Source of the DNA: Eledone cirrhosa
Taxonomy: Eukaryota
Length of the DNA stretch: 64,000 nt
Assembly (NCBI GenBank): GCA_964016885.1
Contig: OZ024763.1
Coordinates: forward strand, 8,680,001-8,744,000
Direction: 5' to 3'
A program made the position numbers and the translations under genes. The notes below the pieces were generated by a model, which did not search any database, was not told the origin of the DNA, and was given only the letters and a program-made list of their open reading frames with translations. Positions within the stretch are counted from its first letter, which is position 1; each line of letters starts with the position of its first letter. Below, in pieces: positions 1-64,000 of the stretch.

Positions 1-81
1 ATATTAACATATTTTCATTACATTTGACTTAAATCTTCCTTCCTAACAAGTCAAGCCCAATCGATCCATTAATTTTCTTAC

Positions 82-141
82 AGGGATACTCCTTTGATAA
101 GGGGTTTTTAAACCCGAAAATATTTGGGATTATTAAATTTG
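82..141 (-). CDS. Possible exon 44 (60 nt)
   Basis: ccttag|...|gtaag, phase 1/1, reads open (TNLIIPNIFGFKNPLSKEYP); no motif support. Confidence 0.3.
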
Positions 142-263
142 CTAAGGTAAGGTTCTATTGTTATCTTAGCAATTTTAATTTTCTAGTGCATTGTATGGTT
201 TTCAAAATTATTTAAATTTGTGTTTCCTATTCAACAATGCTTCAAGTAAACTACAACACCCTG

Positions 264-304
<41 letters not shown>

Positions 305-305
<1 letters not shown>

Positions 306-647
306 CATCATCACCATCATCATCATTTTACGTCCGCTGTTCCCTGCTTGCAAGGGTGGGACGGGAACTGATTCTGGCTTGATTTCTACAGCTGGATGCC
401 CTTCCTAACACCAACCTCATTTACAGTGAGTGCTGGGTGCTTTTTTGCCGTGGCACCTCCACGTCCACTTTACAGTGGAATGATATGGACCCCAGTCCTA
501 TCATCTCATTTCTACAACTGAGTAAACTGGAGCAATGTGAAATAAAGTGTCTTGCTCAAGGAAAAAACACATCACCCGGTCTGAGAATTGAACTCGCAAC
601 CTTTCGATTGCAAGGCCAATGCTCTAACCACTAAGCCATGTGCCTCC
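305..647 (-). mobile_element. CORE-SINE, subfamily with RTE-like (ATG)n tail
   Basis: Same head and core as the 13316 copy; tail cccgtcccacccttgcaagcagggaacagcggacgtaaaatgatgatg matches the RTE 3' ends at 33458-33520 and 38111-38165. Confidence 0.78.
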
Positions 648-913
648 ATATATATATAACACAACAAAGATGGTGTGGTAAGATACTAGGTGGACCATAA
701 CGCACCAGAGTACTCAATACTTAAGGTAGTAGAGTGGGTAATAGGAAAAGAGTCAGGACCCCGATGGCTGAGCTTAGTTCGGATCTAGCTGTCAAAACAG
801 CCAGAGCTCAAGTGTTGTGGTCCTGACTCTTTTCCTATATATATATATATATACACACACACACATATACAATGTCTTTCATTGGAAATATGGTAATGAA
901 AGGGTTAGCTTAC

Positions 914-59764
<58,851 letters not shown>

Positions 59765-60085
59765 CCTTAAAGACAGCTTGTAGCGAACTCTGGAAGTTCT
59801 TGCTCCTACATCCTTATATACACTCTGGTCGGTCTACCTTGATACAGAACCACGGTTTATCTGGGGGGGTTATGGTAGGAGGAGGTTGTTGTGTATTATT
59901 TTTATTAATTTGTTGTTTGTTTGTTTGTGGGATTCGTGTGGAAGGATACAGAAAAAATAAACACCGCATAACTACTATCAGTAACTCTGCTATATTATAT
60001 TATATATATATATGTGTATATATATGTGTGTGTGTATGTGTGTGTGAGTGTGTGTGTATTTATATATATATATATATATTTATAA

Positions 60086-60123
<38 letters not shown>

Positions 60124-60139
60124 AAAACGGTGATGATGA

Positions 60140-60181
<42 letters not shown>

Positions 60182-60807
60182 TGGTGATGATGACAATGAT
60201 GATTTAATAAATAAATAAATAAATAACAGAAAGCCACATCCACACACATATATATATATAGAAAAAATAGTTCCATTTGATTTGTTTTGAAATGGTTCTT
60301 GTCATATCTGTAAATGTAGATTTGGGAATAAATGACATGAAGGAATTAAGACAAAGATTTGGTAAATCGATTAAATAAAGCTAACAGATTAAACCAGGTG
60401 TCAAATCTTGATACTTTGGTCTTTTAAATTTGATTAATGGATTTTGATAATTGGGAAACAAAAATATTGCAACAGGTAATGGAATATTGATCAGTTTTTA
60501 AGCTGTTTTTGTGTATCTACCTTTTTATCTTCTTTATCTATCAATCTATCTATTTTTTATTTACCTTCTTTATCTCTCTCTCTCTCTCTCTTTATATATA
60601 TATATATATATATATATATCTCACCCTCTCTCTCTCTCTCTCTTTATATATATATATATATATATCTCACTCTCTCTCTACAATATATAATATATATATA
60701 TATATATATAGTTGAAAAAGGAGGTCAAGCTCCATACAAATCAAAGATTATATGTAAAAACTCAAACTGGAAATGACACGAAACAATACTTAAAACCTCT
60801 TTTTTCT

Positions 60808-61021
60808 TTAATCCTTTACCATTTACATTACTCTATATATACTATTGTATTAAAGGCTTTATAATTATTTCACATAATATCAAATCTATGAGATTTTGAT
60901 ACTATTTATTTTGAGAACAATACCTTAACATCAGTATGAGTGGTCGGTTACAGCCGGTTTAAATAGGAAGAGGTGAAAGAATTCTGGCCAGATATGGCCA
61001 GTTTAAATGTTAAAGGGTTAA
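60808..61021 (+). mobile_element. piggyBac-type MITE, short diverged copy
   Basis: TTAA-flanked with degenerate TIRs. Confidence 0.78.
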
Positions 61022-61526
61022 TCCAACAGAGTGAGAGTTTGTTTGTTTTTTAAAAAAAAGGTTGGGGGTTATATAATATAAATGGTTTCAATGAGTAAAT
61101 TTATTTTATCAAATATTAAATTTAAAAAAAGTCAAAGATTAAAAGTTGAAAAATTAGAATAAAAAAAAAGTCTCTTCATTTCTATGTAATGAGAATATCT
61201 GGAGTTTGTCTGGAGTCCACATCATTGACTGGGGTCCCTATCATTCCACTGCAAAGTGGACGTGGAGGTGCCACGGCAAAAAAGCACCCAGCCCACACTG
61301 TAAAGTGGACGTGATGATGATGATGATATATGTGTGTATATGTGTCTCATCATCATCATCATCATCATCATCATCACAGTTTTACGTCCGTTCTTCCACG
61401 CTAGCATGGGTTAGACGGGTTGTCCTGTTGTGGGCAGTATCTGGTCGGCTGACCATGCCTTGCTCATACAGGAACTGATCTGGCTTGATTTCTACAGCTG
61501 GATGCCCTTCCTAACACCAACCTCAT

Positions 61527-61750
61527 TTACAGTGTGGGCTGGGTGCTTTTTCGTGGCGCCTACACGTCCACTTTACAGTGTGGGCTGGGTGCTTTTTCGT
61601 GGCGCCTACACGTCCACTTTACAGTGTGGGCTGGGTGCTTTTTCGTGGCGCCTACACGTCCACTTTACAGTGTGGGCTGGGTGCTTTTTTGTGGCGCCTA
61701 CACGTCCACTTTACAGTGTGGGCTGGGTGCTTTTTTGCCGTGCCACCTCA
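61527..61750. repeat. 46-bp tandem repeat (~5 copies) inside a SINE tail
   Basis: Unit ttacagtgtgggctgggtgctttttcgtggcgcctacacgtccact. Confidence 0.85.
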
Positions 61751-61753
61751 AAG

Positions 61754-61803
<50 letters not shown>

Positions 61804-61863
61804 ACGAAGGAAATGTAGTAAGGAACCAGATGGACCATAACGCACCACAGGGTCCTACTCATT

Positions 61864-61900
<37 letters not shown>

Positions 61901-62053
61901 TATATATATATATCTTATATATATATATATATCCTATATATATATATATATCCTATATATATATATGCTAGCATGGAAGAACGGACGTAAAACGATGATG
62001 ATGATGATGATATATATATATATACATACATACTGTATATATATATACATACA

Positions 62054-62089
<36 letters not shown>

Positions 62090-62901
62090 TATACGCCTGC
62101 GCCTGTATCTTGTGATTTTATAATATAAAGTAAACATGTTTACATATCTAGACCTAGATTTACCCTACTGCCCCCATTCCCACCCATCATCCCCACCTTT
62201 CTGTTGACTAGATTTATCAAGTGATCCAATAAAACCATGCTCCAGTTTTATAATCCTTCAATTTTCTTTGCTCTATAACAAATATATATCACACTCTACA
62301 TGTCTCTAACACTTTCTTACCAGATTTCGAATGAAATATTTCAAAATATATGTCTATATCTTTTAAATATAATAAAATATATGTCTATATCTTTTGAATA
62401 TTTCAAAATATATGTTTATATCTTTTATATATTTCACAATATATGTCTATATTTTTTAAACATAATAAAATATATATCTATATCTTTGAAATATTTCAAA
62501 ATATATGTCTATATCTTTGAAATATAATAAAATATATATATACCTATACAATGAAATTCCATTATAACGAAATTCACAGGGTATAAAAATAATTTGTTGT
62601 AACAAAAAATTCAAAACACATCGTGCGAGTGGCCGGGGATTGAACAAAATATTGTTATACTGGTATTCATTATAACAGAATTTTTATCTGTATATTTGAA
62701 ATATAATAAAATATACTGCCTATATATTTCAAATATAATATTTTTTCATCATTTTACGTCCGCTTTTCTGCCTATAGCTTTCCGCTTATACTCTGCCTAT
62801 ATCTTTCAAATAATTTTGAAAATAATCGTCACTTGAGAGAGATTTGTATATAATGTGTAATATAACTAACTTAGTGATTAGTAAGTTAATAATTCTCATT
62901 A

Positions 62902-63540
62902 TTAACCCTTTACCATTTACATTACTCTATATATACTATTGTATTTTCACAGTAAAGGCTTTACCTCACATATCTCACATAACATTTACATTACTCTATA
63001 TATACTATTGTATTTCACAGTAAGTTTTACCACACATATCTCACATAACATTTACATTACTCTATATATACTATTATATTTTCACAGTAAAGGCTTTACC
63101 TCACATAATATCTCACATAACATTTACATTACTCTATATATACTATTGTATTTTCACAGAAAGGGCTTTACCTCACATAATATCTCACATAACATTTACA
63201 TTACTCTATATCTACTATTGTATTTTCACAGTAAGGGCTTTACCTCACATAATATCTCACATAACATTTACATTACTCTATATATACTATTGTATTTTCA
63301 TGGTAAAGGCTTTACCTTACATAATTATTTCACATAATATTTACATTACTCTATATATATTATTGTATTTTCATGGTAAAAGCTTTATCTCACATAGTAT
63401 CGAATCTATGAGATTTTGATGTTATTATTTTGAGAACAATACCTTAACATCAACATGAGCAACCGGTTACAGCCAGTTTGGACAGAAAGATATGAGAGAA
63501 TTCTTGCCGAATATGACCAGTTTAAATACTAAAGGGTTAA
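62902..63540 (+). mobile_element. piggyBac-type MITE, ~7 units
   Basis: TTAA-flanked TIRs. Confidence 0.87.
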
Positions 63541-64000
63541 GTTAATAATTCTTATGACATGAAATAAAGTTCTTGCTCAAGAACACAACACACAGCACAG
63601 TCCAGGAATTGAACTCACAACTTCACAATTGCAAGCCCGACACTCTATGCACTGTGTGTTTGTGTTTACATACAAATATGACATATGGTTAGTAATTTAC
63701 AACATTAATAAATCCTACCAACTCCAATGTGACTGACCGAAATATCCACCCCACACCTCTCATGTTCTGACATGTCTGCAAGGAACTGGCAAAGTTCCAA
63801 AGGTAACTACCTTGCTAAATCTATTGGATTGGGGTTAATTCTACAGCTTGACAGTCAAGTTGTGGAGGTGGTGGGGATGGCTGTGGTGGTGATGGTGGTA
63901 GTGGTGGCAGTGAAGGAGTTGGTGGTGGTGGTCATGGTTGTGATGATGATGGTGGTGGTGGCTGCTGCTGCTGTTACTACAGGCTAGAGTTGTAGTAGTA

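Overview
AT-rich, microsatellite-dense eukaryotic genomic DNA; the SINE/LINE content suggests an octopod cephalopod (inference). Nearly the whole window is one minus-strand gene. I traced 43 coding exons by hand (ATG at 59764 down to 914). All introns are GT-AG, the phases are consistent, and the frame is open for 13,174 nt (about 4,391 aa) with no stop, so the gene continues past the left edge. The predicted secreted protein has, in order: a signal peptide, a vitellogenin/MTP/apoB-type lipid-transfer (LLT) N-terminal module, an amphipathic helical region, a catalytically degenerate LECT2/M23-like domain, an amphipathic beta-strand region, a PAN/Apple domain, and a long array of 'DxTPP...DG...W..F.D.ESG' FN3/Ig-like repeats. 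The repeat array is interrupted by a non-catalytic GH16-like jelly-roll. Three furin-type RxK/RR sites fall at or near module boundaries. The introns hold TTAA-flanked piggyBac-type MITEs with an expandable 72-bp minisatellite, tRNA-derived SINEs (one with a CORE domain), RTE and R4/Dong LINE fragments, mariner and Helitron relics, palindromes and minimal hammerhead-ribozyme motifs typical of Penelope-like elements. Most ORFs in the supplied track are simple-repeat artefacts. All domain calls are motif recognition by eye, not database searches.
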